Shown: positions 10,869 through 22,975 of the stretch, piece by piece | Position numbering within the stretch: position 1 is the first letter of the stretch | Layout: each line of letters opens with the position of its first letter | Source: Podarcis erhardii | Taxonomy: Eukaryota | Assembly (NCBI GenBank): GCA_964252035.1 | Contig: OZ176200.1 | DNA: 64,000 nt | Reading direction: 5' to 3' (one strand) | Notes under the pieces: generated by a model | Seen by the model: only the letters and a program-made list of their open reading frames with translations | Database searches by the model: none | Told to the model about the DNA's origin: nothing | Made by a program: the position numbers and the translations under genes

Positions 10869-11085
10869 AGGGACAGTGTGGTGTAGTGGTTAGACCTCAG
10901 AGACCAGGGTTCAAATCCCTACTCAGTAATGAAACTCACTGGGTAACCTGGGCCAGTCACTGCCTCTCAGCCTAACTGTGACCTCACAGGGCTGCTGTGC
11001 AGATTAAATGAGGAGGGGGGAGAACCATGTACACCACCTTGAGCTCCTTGGAGAAAAGGTAGGTTTATCAATGCAATAAATATAT
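10869..11085 (+). mobile_element. Squam3/MIR(Ther1)-type SINE
   Basis: gtgtggtgtagtggttaga (A box), ggttcaaatccc (B box), CORE-like ctcagcctaac...cctcacaggg, tail ccaccttgagctccttggagaaaaggtagg. Further decayed copies near 12415-12540, 27345-27580, 29170-29290 and 34744-34910. Confidence 0.8.
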
Positions 11086-11299
11086 AAAATATCCACAGGA
11101 AGTGTGTGTACCTTAGGCAGCTGTATACCGTAATTCTAAAGCAGCTAAGCTAAGGGATAATGGAACAGAATCTGACATTCCCAGAATACAGCCACAAGTG
11201 GTGGTGAGTTTAATAGGTTTTCTGATCCTCCATGATTTAATTCATTATTCGTCAAGGGAATAAACAAGAACTCAAAAACAGAGCAAAGGAAGGCAACAC

Positions 11300-11650
11300 A
11301 AGAAGAGGCCTTTTCAGTGGTGGCTCCCCAGCTATGGAATGCTCTCCCCAGGGAAGTGTGCCTGGTGCCATCATTATCAACATTTGGGTGCCAGGTAAAG
11401 GCATTCCAGTTTATCCAGGCATTGATTCTTAATTGGGATCATATGGCATTATGGTACCCTAGCCTGTTTTAGTGTTCAACCGTTAGTAGGGTAGGGTAGG
11501 GCAGGAGTACTTTTAGTAAATAATGTTGCTTAATTCTTTTATGTTGTTTAAAATCTTTGTATCTGCATGTTTATTGCAACTGTAATTCACTTTGACACAT
11601 TTTATGTAGTAAACAGCAAATTAATGTACTAGACAACAACAACAACAACA
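11300..11650 (+). mobile_element. L2 ORF2 C-terminus and 3' UTR
   Basis: AFSVVAPQLWNALPREVCLVPSLSTFGCQVKAF, followed by a T-rich UTR ending in (CAA)n. Confidence 0.8.
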
Positions 11651-13021
11651 CTACATAATGGGGGGAGGGGGGAATTTCTTCAAATGTCCCAGATTCAAAA
11701 ATATCTACAGCATCTTTGGGTGCATTCCAGTCTAGAAAAAAAATATTACTGTGGAATTATTTTTTTGGAGAGAGAGAGAGGAAGAAAGAACAAGAGAATT
11801 TCACTATAGCTGAAAGATGATCAGATAATCTAGAGAAGCTTTGAAAGCACTCAGCTGTCGCTACAGATGAAGCAGCACTTTATGATCCAATCAACTTAAG
11901 AGGCCGTTTACTCCCCTTCCCAGTGGAAAAATAAGGTTGGGAGCGAGGAGCTTGGAAAGAGCTTATCTATACAAGAGGTCTACATGGTTTTGCTTAAAAT
12001 AACAATAATTCCAATTGTGTAACAGTTTATGTTATTATCTGATTCTGTGGGGTAATGAAAAGGACTACAAATGAGGGCTTGAAGTTGTAAAATGAGTTGA
12101 TAAAGACAAGTATGCTAAATATATAATGCTCTCTTTGTAATCAAAGTCTAGGGGGTCTGAATGACTCCAACAACAACCCTCTGAAAGTGGGAAGCCAACC
12201 AGTATTTAGAAATAGAAGAGAAAGATAGCCAGGGTAGCTGAACACACAGACACCAGTTTCAGAGTTCTGTAGTGAATGGAAGTATTGGAAATGGGCTGGT
12301 AATACCTGGACCCAAATTCTCATACAGCCAGAAGGCAGAACACCAGGCAGAATTACAACATGCAGAACACCATTCTCCTGTTGTACTTTTTTCCACAGCC
12401 ACCTGTTAAACACGTGAGGTTAATGGTAGCATAATGGTTAAGAGTGTTAGAAAGGACTTGGGTTCATATCCCCACTCGTTATTGAAGCTAATCATTGTGA
12501 GGATAAAAATGGTGAGAAGCATGCATGCTGCCTGGGAAGTCCTTTGAGAACTGGCAGAATAGAAACCTCACCCTCCTCCCTCTATACCTTCACCAAAGCT
12601 ATCAATTCTCAGGTCTGAGAAGCTAGTAAAGCTTCTAGAAAATAACATGCTTGTTTAGCTTTCCAGTTTATTTAGAGGTGGGGGAAAGAAACAAACACAC
12701 ACATGGGGCCAAAATTTCAATTAAAATAAATATAATTTTCACTTGCTGTAATTAAGTGCATTCAGGATTTCCAAGATGAATAAATGAAGAGTAAACATGC
12801 TGGATCTTTCAGCGGCTCATTTCCGCTAGATTAAAATACAAGGCTTTTCTAAAAAATCTAAATGCTGAACTGCAAGTGTGGACCTCGTTTTAAATGTCAT
12901 TCAAGAAAGCAGGAGGAGGAGGAGGGAGAAGAGGACTGATGGGGAGGAATTGGCTCAACTCTCGGAAAACTTTTAGCTGGCATGCCTGCATTCTTTCCCT
13001 TTTAGTCTATTTTAACCATAC

Positions 13022-13187
13022 CTTGAACCATGAGCTCTGCAGACACAGAAGCCTTCCCAGCACTATTCATCACAGTGCAAGTGTAAATTCCAGCATCGAC
13101 CAGCTGAGCATTCTGGATCTCCAAAAACTGGATGCCTGCTTTCTCAAACATGTTGAAACGATCACTTTTCTGCACCTGAATTTCACC
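13022..13187 (-). CDS. MYLK: MYLK coding exon 5 (Ig2 C-half), 166 nt
   Basis: atgcag|GGT GAA...CAA G|gtatgg. GEIQVQKSDRFNMFEKAGIQFLEIQNAQLVDAGIYTCTVMNSAGKASVSAELMVQ. Confidence 0.97.
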
Positions 13188-13549
13188 CTGCATGCATCAT
13201 GAAAAATACCAAAGGTGTACAGATACATTCATTAATGGTAGAGGGGGTGGGAATCAATGCCTGGCAGATTAACACCTCATCCTTTGCTATTTTTCTGCTT
13301 TTACAATTCAGCCCAGTGCTCTCTGTGGCATGTTTATATACTACTAGAATACTCCCAAGTGGCCAGACCTCAGGCATTCCGGATAATCTGATTTACACCA
13401 CTCAGAATATGGACATTTTAAGGCTCAGTTGCCATAACCCAAAGCAAGAACTTTGTGAATTCTTCAGTCAAAAGACACATTTGCCACAGCCTGAAAACCT
13501 AGCCCTTGCAAAATAGTTTGCAAACTAAATTCAGTCTCAATTACAATGG

Positions 13550-13750
13550 TCTGGATTCAACTAACCAGGTATGCTAGCAGAAGCCAGTACAAGGACTCCC
13601 ACTAGCACAATGGGGCTCCCCCCAAAAAAAAATCTTCTCTGGAAGGTGAGAAGAACTCACAGAACAACACACAAGGGGAGATGTGAAATTGTTCCGTGTG
13701 GCAAGCAAAAATGCTTGCACTGACTGAAAGATTGCAATGTTGAATTCCAT
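13550..13750 (+). repeat. Interspersed repeat of unassigned family (second copy at 26760-26985)
   Basis: Shared blocks ggattc(a/c)actaa, cagaagcc, aggac, gcacaa, cacacaagggga, ttgttcc and aaatgcttgc(a/c)ctga. Confidence 0.55.
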
Positions 13751-14160
13751 CATGTATTTTGCAGCATAGTTGCCATTTCTGAGTTCTCAGTATGTAAAGG
13801 TTTATAAATTTATGATTAATTAAAATGTTATTGCAATACTTCCCCCAAGATATCTCAACTTAATTTTGTGTACAAGGTTACAGAACATACTTCCACTGCA
13901 AGTTTTCCATGTCTTTCAGTGTGCTTACTTGAATAATTTATCATGGGAGTGCTCTGACATGAATCCCCATAATTTATTCTCACAGGGGAATAAGATTGAG
14001 GAAACTAACTTTTCATGTTCAGGTTGAAAACTTAAAAAAATCTGGCCAAGCAAAACTGTGGCTAAAGATACTTCAAAGTACACAAGTTCAAATAAACAAG
14101 GCTTTGGGTTTCATTCCCTTTAGGAGAGGTGAATTTGGAAATACTCTCAAGTAATTGTAC

Positions 14161-14326
14161 CTTAAACCAAGTGACTTGAGGCTGAGGTCGTCCTGTTATC
14201 TTACAGGAGAATTTACCAGTCTGTCCCTCTCGCACTATGACCCGATTGGGTTTTGTAGCAAACTTGGGTGGGCATTCGCCCCAGATGCTTGGTCGTTGCT
14301 CTACCGGTGGAACAGTAACTCTACCA
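14161..14326 (-). CDS. MYLK: MYLK coding exon 4 (Ig2 N-half), 166 nt
   Basis: tatttcctttccag|T GGT AGA...TTT AAG|gtacaa. GRVTVPPVEQRPSIWGECPPKFATKPNRVIVREGQTGKFSCKITGRPQPQVTWFK. Not in the ORF track. Confidence 0.97.
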
Positions 14327-14462
14327 CTGGAAAGGAAATAATATTATCAGAGCTCAGTAATTAATATAGCTATATTTAAAGAGATTGTTACTTCTTAAAT
14401 TGTGCTACTTAAATGTGTTTTATGAACAGTGTTCAGGTGATTAAAACAATGAAAGCAGTAGA

Positions 14463-14597
14463 CTGGGGTAGGGAACCTGTGGCCCCCAATGTTGTTAAAC
14501 TACAATTTCCATCATTTCTAAGCATTGGCCATGATGGCTGAGGATGGTGGGAGTTGAATTCAGCAATAGCTGCAGGGGTACTTGTTCCCCACCCCTG
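14463..14597. mobile_element. Older hAT-type palindromic MITE related to 5927-6062
   Basis: Ends CTGGGGTAGGGAAC / GTTCCCCACCCCTG, flanked by near-TSD cagtagac/cggtagac. Interior actacaatttccatcat...atggtgggagttg. Confidence 0.7.
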
Positions 14598-15189
14598 CGG
14601 TAGACAATATGGTGTCCTTTTTGAGAACCTATTTGCACTTAAAAAAATAAAAATCTAAGGTACAGTTACATAATGTATGTACCTCTCATCAAGTTTGAAG
14701 AGGGCATATGTCATATGAAAATACTAGGAAGCAGAGGCTTGACCTTTGCCAGCCACCCCTTCTGAGTACTTGAAAGGAACATGTACCACATTTTGTATAT
14801 TAATTCCCTTCAGACCAGACACAATCAGAAATTGCATTTTGCATTTTGGAATGCAGGGTAGCTGCTTACATAATGATCATTGCCATAGGTTCCTCCCAAA
14901 ATGGAACACCATTTTGCCAGATGCCTTCCTTTAATATGCACACAACACATACAAGCATGCTCTTTGACAGCTCTGGTTGTTCATAAGTAACAATGAACAG
15001 TCTAATTGCCACATACAATAGAAGTTCTCTTACTGGACAGATGTCCATGAATATTCCACTACATAGCAGAATCACCACTATCCAAAATCTGATAAAACTG
15101 TTTATCTTCTGTAACAATCCTCCAGCAGAACTGGGTGATCTTCTCAACATTCTCCTTCAGTTATCTAAGAAACTACCCAATTTTGTTTA

Positions 15190-15600
15190 GAATAAAATAG
15201 GAACTAAAGGAACTAATACAGACCCCCTAACTCTCTAATAAATAGTACCCTAACTTAACTGGACTTATGTAACAATTTGGATGCCTCTGGCTAATTCATC
15301 CATAAGCAGGTAGTCATACGCTTTACAAAGGGGCCCAAGTCAGACATGGTTTTGCAGAAAATCCAATCATTGTTTTGCAGAGCATATAAACAAGTGCATT
15401 TAGAACAGAGATGGGCCAGTCCTTCAGCATCAAGAACCACAATGGAAGTTCTATGCGGCAGCAAAGCTTGCATGCATACTTTCTGTAAAAATTTAACACA
15501 AGCACCTACAAAGGAGTTCAATGGCAAGTTATGGTGCAGGCATACATGGAATTTATTCTGTAGCAATGGCAGGTGCCATGCCTCTTTCACTCTTTGGCTT
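15190..15600 (-). mobile_element. Heavily decayed CR1 reverse transcriptase remnant
   Basis: Minus strand has WIFCKTMSDLGP (resembles LDFSKAFD.VP) and, further on, gttaggggtctgtattagttcct (resembles PQGSVLGP). Weak. Confidence 0.35.
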
Positions 15601-17096
15601 GGCTGGATTTTGGAATCAATTTGAAATCCTGGCACATCAGAAATGTGGGATATGTCCCCCTTTTGCCTACAGAGTGACCCAGTCAACTGGTGCAGCCAAG
15701 TGATCTACTAGTAATCCCTCCAAATCTTAAAAGCCAAGAGATACCCTCTTTTTTTAAAAAAAATTACAAGGTGAAGAATCGTGTGATTTGAGGACACCTA
15801 GTTGATGACTGAGGTTTGTTTTACACCATAATCTTTTAAATTCCGCCCCAGCCCCCCAAAATTTAAGAATGAAAATTCATAGAACCTGCAATTCTGAAAA
15901 TTCAGCCATAAACATGTTTACAAAAGCAACTCTAAATCAAAAGCTGGAAGTGGCCTTCCAGCCGCCTGCTGCTACATTTAAGAGTTAAATGACCAGCATT
16001 AAAACATCTTTATAGTGTTGGCCCATCTCTGCTCATACTCAAGGAACAAGCTACTTCAGTGATGAAATCATCAATACCATGTCAACTGAGCTGGCTGCTC
16101 TCATTCATAAACAGCCTTGAAATATGAGCCAATACTATAGCATGACCCAAACCCATGCACATTACTATGGACAAGGCCTATTTCAACAGCAAATACACAA
16201 CCACACATTAGCAGGAGATAATCAAGGGTGATGAAGTTGAAGCTGTGGTTTTCAGGCAAGCAAACGAAACAAACGTTCTTGGGCCATGTGCATTTCACAC
16301 AACAGCTTACCCATAAGCCAACAAGTTGTGCCCATCTCTTTCTGCTTCCACAACGTATCAGAACACTAAGAAAAACCACATATGGCCTCAGCCCAAGGAG
16401 CAGTCACATCAATGTAAAGACGACAATTTGGGGGCAACTTGTTAATTCTGAATAAAATAAGGTCATGGTGAAGATTTTTGTAGGCAACTAGAAATACAGA
16501 TGGTCTCAGAAATCGCATGAGTTGAAAAACAATTGCTATGAGCCTCACTTGCCTTGCCTTCACTTTTAACTTGAAAAAAGAAAAGAATAGTGGGCTCAGG
16601 AGCACAGCATATGGGAAAAGTGGGAAAAATCACCCCTGAAACTGCTATTAGCCACTGGAGGAAAGTGTTCGCTGGCACACACACACACAAATTCCTCTCA
16701 TGCCCACAGCAGTTTGCGGAGAGACATGATGCTATTGCCTGCCACCACCACCCCCGCAACCACACACTACTATTTACAATTTTAAAAGGTACATGACATG
16801 CATTCATACATTTCAGCTGGTATCTAGTTGGCCTTAAAGGTAGACAGGTGGAAAGAGAGAACGAAAGGGACAATCAGTTTGCTGAGAAGCCTCAAGGGGC
16901 TGGTAAATGTACTGCAATTTTCTGTAAGTCTGTCCTAGTTGCAAGGAATGTTTTGAGCAAAATTGATATTGCTAATAGCAAGGGTCAATGTTGCTCAAGA
17001 AAGCATGGAGGGGGAAGTATTTCAAAATGTGTGCATATTCCAAAAGCTATCAGTATTCTTCCGCTCTAGAAATGTGAAAACCACTGGAATTCTTAC

Positions 17097-17145
17097 CCAG
17101 AACTTTTGGCACCAGAAGGCAGACTGTACTTCTTCAAAACAGATC
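17097..17145 (-). CDS. MYLK: MYLK coding exon 3 (Ig1-Ig2 linker), 49 nt
   Basis: ttttctgcttccag|GA TCT GTT TTG AAG AAG TAC AGT CTG CCT TCT GGT GCC AAA AGT TCT GG|gtaag gives (G)SVLKKYSLPSGAKSS(G). Phase 1 to 2 fits both neighbours. Resembles recalled chicken GNSLKKYSLPSSAKTPG. Not in the ORF track. Confidence 0.93.
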
Positions 17146-18044
17146 CTGGAAGCAGAAAACAGAAGGAAAGAAATACAATAAAAATACTAATCAGGGCTGC
17201 AATTTCTTTCAGATTTAGGGACGCTGGCTACAGAAAATTAAAAATTAAAAAGCCATCCTTCCATCAATTTCTAGTAAAATATATGATACAAGGTGGCAAA
17301 AAATAAATATATGTTTTCCCTCTGCGGCAAATGGGGGAAGCATTTAAGTTCCATGTCTTGCATGTATGTGTGTTTTGCTGTTTATATATTTGCTGTTTAT
17401 ATATATTATATGTTTATACTCTAGAGGTGGAGAAGCCACAACGCCTTGGATCCCAGTAGTAACGGACGAGCCATTTGGTGTGGTGTGCTTTTCAACCATC
17501 GAAACAGGAGTCCAAAACTGAGTCCCATATACAAAACAAAAAGCTGTCTTACTCTTCACTATAATTTCTCCACATATACGAAGGGATAACTTTACCAAGC
17601 TGTGAAATGTTCTTTGCCATTTTTAAAATTACTAATTACTTTTCAATAGTGCATTTATATTTACTTCCAAAAGTAGTCCAGTTTGACTTAACCTCACCTA
17701 TCTAAATTTGTTACCTTTTATTTCTCTCCATAAAGACAAGAAAACTGTTTTATACAAGAGTCAAGATATGAGGAATGTATTATTAACTGTATGTTTAGCA
17801 CCATCTACTGGACATGGGCAGGATTATCCCAAGCCAACATAACTAAATGGTGAATACGCCCCCCTCCTTTTTTTGGCAGAACAGTACTGTAGTATGAACT
17901 GACCTAGGAAGCCTGAGCAAAAGAAGCTTCCATAAATAATAATAATATCTTCTTATTCAAGCACAAAATAAATAAAAAAGCACAGTGGTGAAGAATGAGC
18001 TGTGAATGCCTCCAGCTCAAATCTCACCTGCACTAGGTAGAGAA

Positions 18045-18200
18045 TTGGTAGAGAATGAGACTTTTAATCTCAGGGTCATGGGTTTGAGCCCCACATTGGG
18101 CAAAAAATTTCCTGCATTGTAGGGGGTTGGACTAGATGACCCTTGTGGTCCCTTCCAACTACAGTTCAATGATTCAATGATTCAAATGAATGATTCAATG
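18045..18200 (+). mobile_element. tRNA-Lys-derived SINE with CR1-type 3' tail
   Basis: ggtagagaatgagacttttaatctcagggtcatgggtttgagccccacattgggc matches the vertebrate tRNA-Lys(CTT) body. Then cctgcattgtagggggttggactagatgaccc...ggtcccttccaac and a (TGATTCAA)n tail. Confidence 0.85.
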
Positions 18201-19075
18201 ATCTCACCAGAAGCCATAGGCAAGCCACTACAACCTTACCCAGGCCTCCTCCTCACCTGATGTGGGGCAGAGCAGAGATGTACCAGTTAGTTCTGCATTC
18301 TCTATAGTATCTCAGGGGTTCTAAATTACATGGAGAGCCTCCATGAATAAAGCATTCGCCCTCCAATGTGCAAAGGCTTGCAAGCTTATCACAGGCATGC
18401 AGTGGAGGAACCAATGATAGCCAGCACATGCCCACACTTCCCCTCATTGCTCCCTCAAGGAGACCTGAAAATATCATGATAATATCATGATAGTAGCACT
18501 GACCTACCTGATAGGGTTACTGTTAAGAATTACTGAGATAATCAGCATGAACCACTTTGAACACTCTAAGGTGCTGCATCTGGATGGTTTATTATTACAC
18601 AAATAAGCCACACACAAAACACGTACAGAAACCTCAGTATTAGTATTATAAATATTTGCAAAGAAAAGCAAAACAGATAATGCTGAAACAGGCCAGACTG
18701 GAGGAGGAAGAGAAATCAGGCCAATCATCCAGTCCTGCTACTCAACAGAAGGCCACACCATCAGGAACTGGGGTCATCTGCCCTCACATAGCCTTAAAGT
18801 GGATCCCCAGCATTCCACAAGCTCTGTCCTTAGTGGCAGCCATTGCAGAGAGCTGATACTATCAATGTGGAAATGACTTTAGCATTGGTGCCTATGCTCT
18901 CATTCTTCTTGGGGGTGAAGACACAGGAATAGCCAGCATTTCATTTTCTGCCTTATTGAAAGCCTTATCATTTTTATAAGCTTTTCCTGCTTACTTTCAA
19001 TCTACTTCTCCCTTCATTTGCTACCAGGGTAAAGCATGCCATACATAACGTGCAACAGAATGGAAAGACCCTTAC

Positions 19076-19283
19076 CTTCCACTGTTAATTCTACTGTCAC
19101 CTGACGAACGCCACCAGCATTCCGGGCCTCGCAGGTGTATGGCCCACCATCTTCCTCCTGCACCCCTTTTATAATTAAGCTGAAAAGCCCTCGAATGCTA
19201 CGGTCCACTACACAGCGCTCTCCCTCTGTCAGAAGTTGCCCATTCTTGTACCATGTGACTTGGGGTTCTGGGATGCCTCTGAC
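19076..19283 (-). CDS. MYLK: MYLK coding exon 2 (Ig1), 208 nt
   Basis: tttctag|GTC...GAA G|gtaag. VRGIPEPQVTWYKNGQLLTEGERCVVDRSIRGLFSLIIKGVQEEDGGPYTCEARNAGGVRQVTVELTVE is an I-set Ig with W and D-x-G-x-Y-x-C motifs. Phase 0 to 1. Confidence 0.97.
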
Positions 19284-19944
19284 CTAGAAAGATTGGGTGC
19301 AAAAAGATTGGGGGTGGTGTGCGGAGAGTGAGAAAGGGGGGAGGAGAGAGAAACAAACACAGAAGGTGACTTTATCTGGAAGAAATGCAGAACACTTCAT
19401 AAGCCAGTGGAAAGTATTTTCTAAAGCCATATCTGTTAAACACATACAAACTGTTTTGAGCCAAATGGCAAAAACCTGAAGAAAAAGAAAAGAAACTATT
19501 GGGTGCATCAAGCTGTTAAAACTAGCAATGCTGCTCCAGCAGGCAGCTACCCAGACAAAGCTTTTTTCTGTCTTTTGAAATTTTAAAGCCAGAAATGAGA
19601 AATTCTGAGAAGCAGAATCATGAGCCAAAATTATTAGAGCATATTCTACTGTCAAACGGCTGTCTAGACTAACAGATTTATTGTAGCATGACATTTGCAG
19701 GCCTCATTATCAGATGCATTCACTAGGAGAGGCATTTAGAAGAAGCAATGTTCATCAGCCTCTTTAGAAAGGGTCAAACACCACCTATGGCAAAATAGAC
19801 CTGGTTGTGTTTTTTGAGTGTTAAGTGTGCATGCGTAAAACTGTGTGTGCAAAATTTGGTTAACATTTTATGACACATAAAAGGTGAACTTTCCCCAAAA
19901 TGAATTTCATGAATATCCAAAAGTAGCTATTTCTCCCAATTTTG

Positions 19945-20260
19945 AGGGGCAAACACCTGAAGAAGCACCTATTTCCATACCAACCTGTCCATGAATTAAG
20001 ATCTTCTGCTGAGGGTCTTCTCTAGGTGTCACCTTTATCTAAGCTACATCACTCAGTCACAAAGGAGAAGACATTTTCAGCAGTTGCACTCTAGTTACAG
20101 AATGCCCTCCTTAAAGAGAGTGCCTGATTTACATTTTGTTTTGCACGAAGCAAAAAACATGTTGATTCATTCAGACATTTAAAAATTGTTGTTATTTCTA
20201 TTTCTGCTTTGAATGAGCTTTATTTTCTGTTTTATTTCAGTCCATATTATGATATAAATT
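19945..20260 (+). mobile_element. Decayed L2 ORF2 C-terminus and tail
   Basis: HLKKHLFPYQPVHELRSSAEGLL...KTFSAVA..QNAL, with stops. Confidence 0.65.
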
Positions 20261-22733
20261 TTGAGTGTTACACTTCCTTAAAATCCAAATAGGATACAAG
20301 ACAGTACATAAGTATTTTATACAAAATAATAAATCCAACATTTACATTCCGAATGTCAACATTCCGAATTTCAAATATTCACTGGACCATATATTTCTTT
20401 CCAACAGAATAAATCAAGAGGAGTGCCTAACATTCTTAACAAGAGCTGAAAACTGTAAATTTAGTTAAGCAATCAGTAAGGCCGGAAGTTAATGGAACAT
20501 CTGATTTTTAATGCACTTTTTCTCCTGCATGTTGCTATTCAATTTCTGCAGATACCCCTTAATAATGTGAAGTTGTGGAACTGTCACCATCAAGACCATG
20601 CAAAGTTACCTACTGACCAGTGCCAATGGGTCATCATGGCATTTTATGAAGCAATTCTTCAACCAGCGGATTTAGCCTGGGAAATGATACAAGCTTATCA
20701 CATGTAGTCCAGGAAATGATATAAACTTTTCACATATAGTCCATCGCACTGAATGCATTTACACAGTTATTTTGAGCTACGACATAAACAGGATAAAAAA
20801 AATTATCCACCAGGTGGTGTCCTTTGCAGTTACAAAGTTCTCACAAAGTAACAAAGACCAACACCAATTAACAATATGTTGTTCCCCACAATAAACAAAT
20901 ACAGTGTGTGTGTTTTAATTTCATTTATTGTAAAGAAAACTGAAAAGCACACACAAAATCAACTGGTAGAAAACAGCTAACATGGGAATGCATCTGTAAA
21001 TGGGGATGCAATGCATTTGCAGCATGAGCAGTGATCCTCATGGAGAAGTTTCCACAGAATGTTAAACTCCAAGGACAAGCATAACAATTACAATGTCCAG
21101 CTGCAGTCTTAGGTATTTTCCTTCTGCAGCTAGGGGAAAATACTATACTATAACAATAATCTTTGTGAAGACTGGCAAACATTCCTCACAGCATAGGAAA
21201 GGTGGAGCTGACCTACAAGATCTGGTAATCCACTAGAAGGTAACAACCCAGAATTTAGGAATCACTGTCCTCTCCTCTGCTAATTTACTAATGAGAAACT
21301 TAGCTTCCTGATGTTCACACAAGCAATCATGCAGTTTATCATCATCGGGTGTAAAATAAAAGAAAACTAAAGATTTTCTTAAGTGGCAGTTAACAGCACA
21401 CTGAATGAACTAAGGCATAACTCAGGTTTCTCTGGCACTGCCATTGGTATTAATCTAATAATGTCACAATAAAGCAGATCCAAGCATATTCTCTAGATTA
21501 CAGTGTGTCAAAAGCAGTGAGAGGTTTGGATAAAAGCAGGCACCAATGTCAGAAGTGCTTGCAGGAGAAGGAATTGATTTAACAAAACAAATAGATGGTA
21601 GATTCCTCCCTGGAAAATATTATAATCTCTTCCTATCATCCAGTCCAATTTCAAATAACACAGGCCACAAAGTATTGTGCCTTTCTCCTTCTGGATGCTA
21701 TTCCAAATTATTAGTTTTCCCTCATGATAGAACGTATCACTCTAATTTCCCTTAGCTCCAATTGGACCATACTATGTCATTCCTATCCAATTCTTCACTT
21801 ACGGTTAGTTTCATAGGCTTCTTTGACCATCTTTTGGCTCTCCCTCATACATAAGCTACATTTCAATTTTTTCCATGTGTTTTTATTTTGCAAACATCAA
21901 GCCTCCAATTTGAGGAAGAACAGCAGGAGGGGCACATGCATCCAAAAGGATGAGAGAGTTCTTCCTAAGAAAATCAGAGAGAGAGGCTGATTGATGCATA
22001 AAGGGCTTAATTTTTGTGAGTTTCGTTAGCCCACACTGCCTTGCAGCTTCATCAGTTGGTATAGTACTTGGGGGGGGGGGAGAATAAGGAGAAGGAGCAA
22101 GTGGCGAATTATTCTGTATGTGAGGATTTACATTTCAAGCTAGAGTTTGAAACACATTTCATATGGAACTAACCCCTGCACTGAAAAGATGTATTCCTGC
22201 CATAAAAATGTCTGGCGATTCTAAAACAAGCTGCCAGTTACCTCAGTTTGATGCCGATGGTGGACCAATTCCAGAACTGCAGCAGGTTTTTCTATAAATA
22301 AAAAATTAATTTTTCTGGTAACTCTTTCAGGCTCTGCAGAAACATCTGCATTTAATAATACATCCACAATGGGTGAGGACTTATCCACTTATCTAATGCT
22401 CTGCAGCTTAAGGCAATAGCCCTTATTTATAGCCCTGTCTACTCCTTACATGGGCCTACAGATTCCTAAGAGTAAACGGGTGGAGGATTGCTTTCACCCA
22501 AAAGAAAGGAACAAAGATTGAAATGCAGCTTACTTCCAAGTAAAGACCAATTCACAGTGCATGCTGATTGTCTAACCTGTCTCCACTAATAAGTGGGGTA
22601 AAGACTTACGTGTGTAAACACATAATGCATATGTGACAGGGACTGAGTTATAGCCAACTGCAGCGTCCCAATTGTATGGACTCTTGCGTTTTAACTGTTG
22701 TAGCCTGCTCTGGGACCTTAATAAATTGTAGTA

Positions 22734-22975
22734 CAGTCGTACCTCGGGTTACATATGCTTCAGGTTACATATGTTTCAGGTTACAAACTCCACTAACCCA
22801 GAAATAGAGCTTCAGGTTAAGAACTTTGCTTCAGGGTGAGAACAGAAATTGTGCTTCAGCGGCACAGCGGCAGCAGGAAGCCCCATTAGCTAAAGTGGTG
22901 CTTCAGGTTAAGATCAGTTTCAGGTTAAGAACGGACCTCCAGAACAAATTAAGTACTTAACCTGAGGTACTACTG
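22734..22975. mobile_element. Tc1/mariner-superfamily (Tigger/pogo-like) MITE, 242 bp
   Basis: TA TSD at 22732-22733 and 22976-22977. TIR CAGTCGTACCTCGGGTTA / TAACCTGAGGTACTACTG. Iterated internal TTCAGGTTA motif. Confidence 0.88.

Noticed and set aside
17553-17599. 47-nt exon-like segment with GTAAGA donor
   Set aside because: Stop at the third codon in the required frame and a weak acceptor. The real exon is 17097-17145. A poison exon cannot be excluded but is unsupported.
18045-18110. Functional tRNA-Lys gene
   Set aside because: The 5' acceptor stem is missing or diverged, CpGs are decayed, and it is fused to a CR1 tail, so it is a SINE.
21540-21880. Possible RTE-type LINE remnant on the minus strand
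   Set aside because: Only a faint motif resemblance, with many stops. Not supportable by eye.
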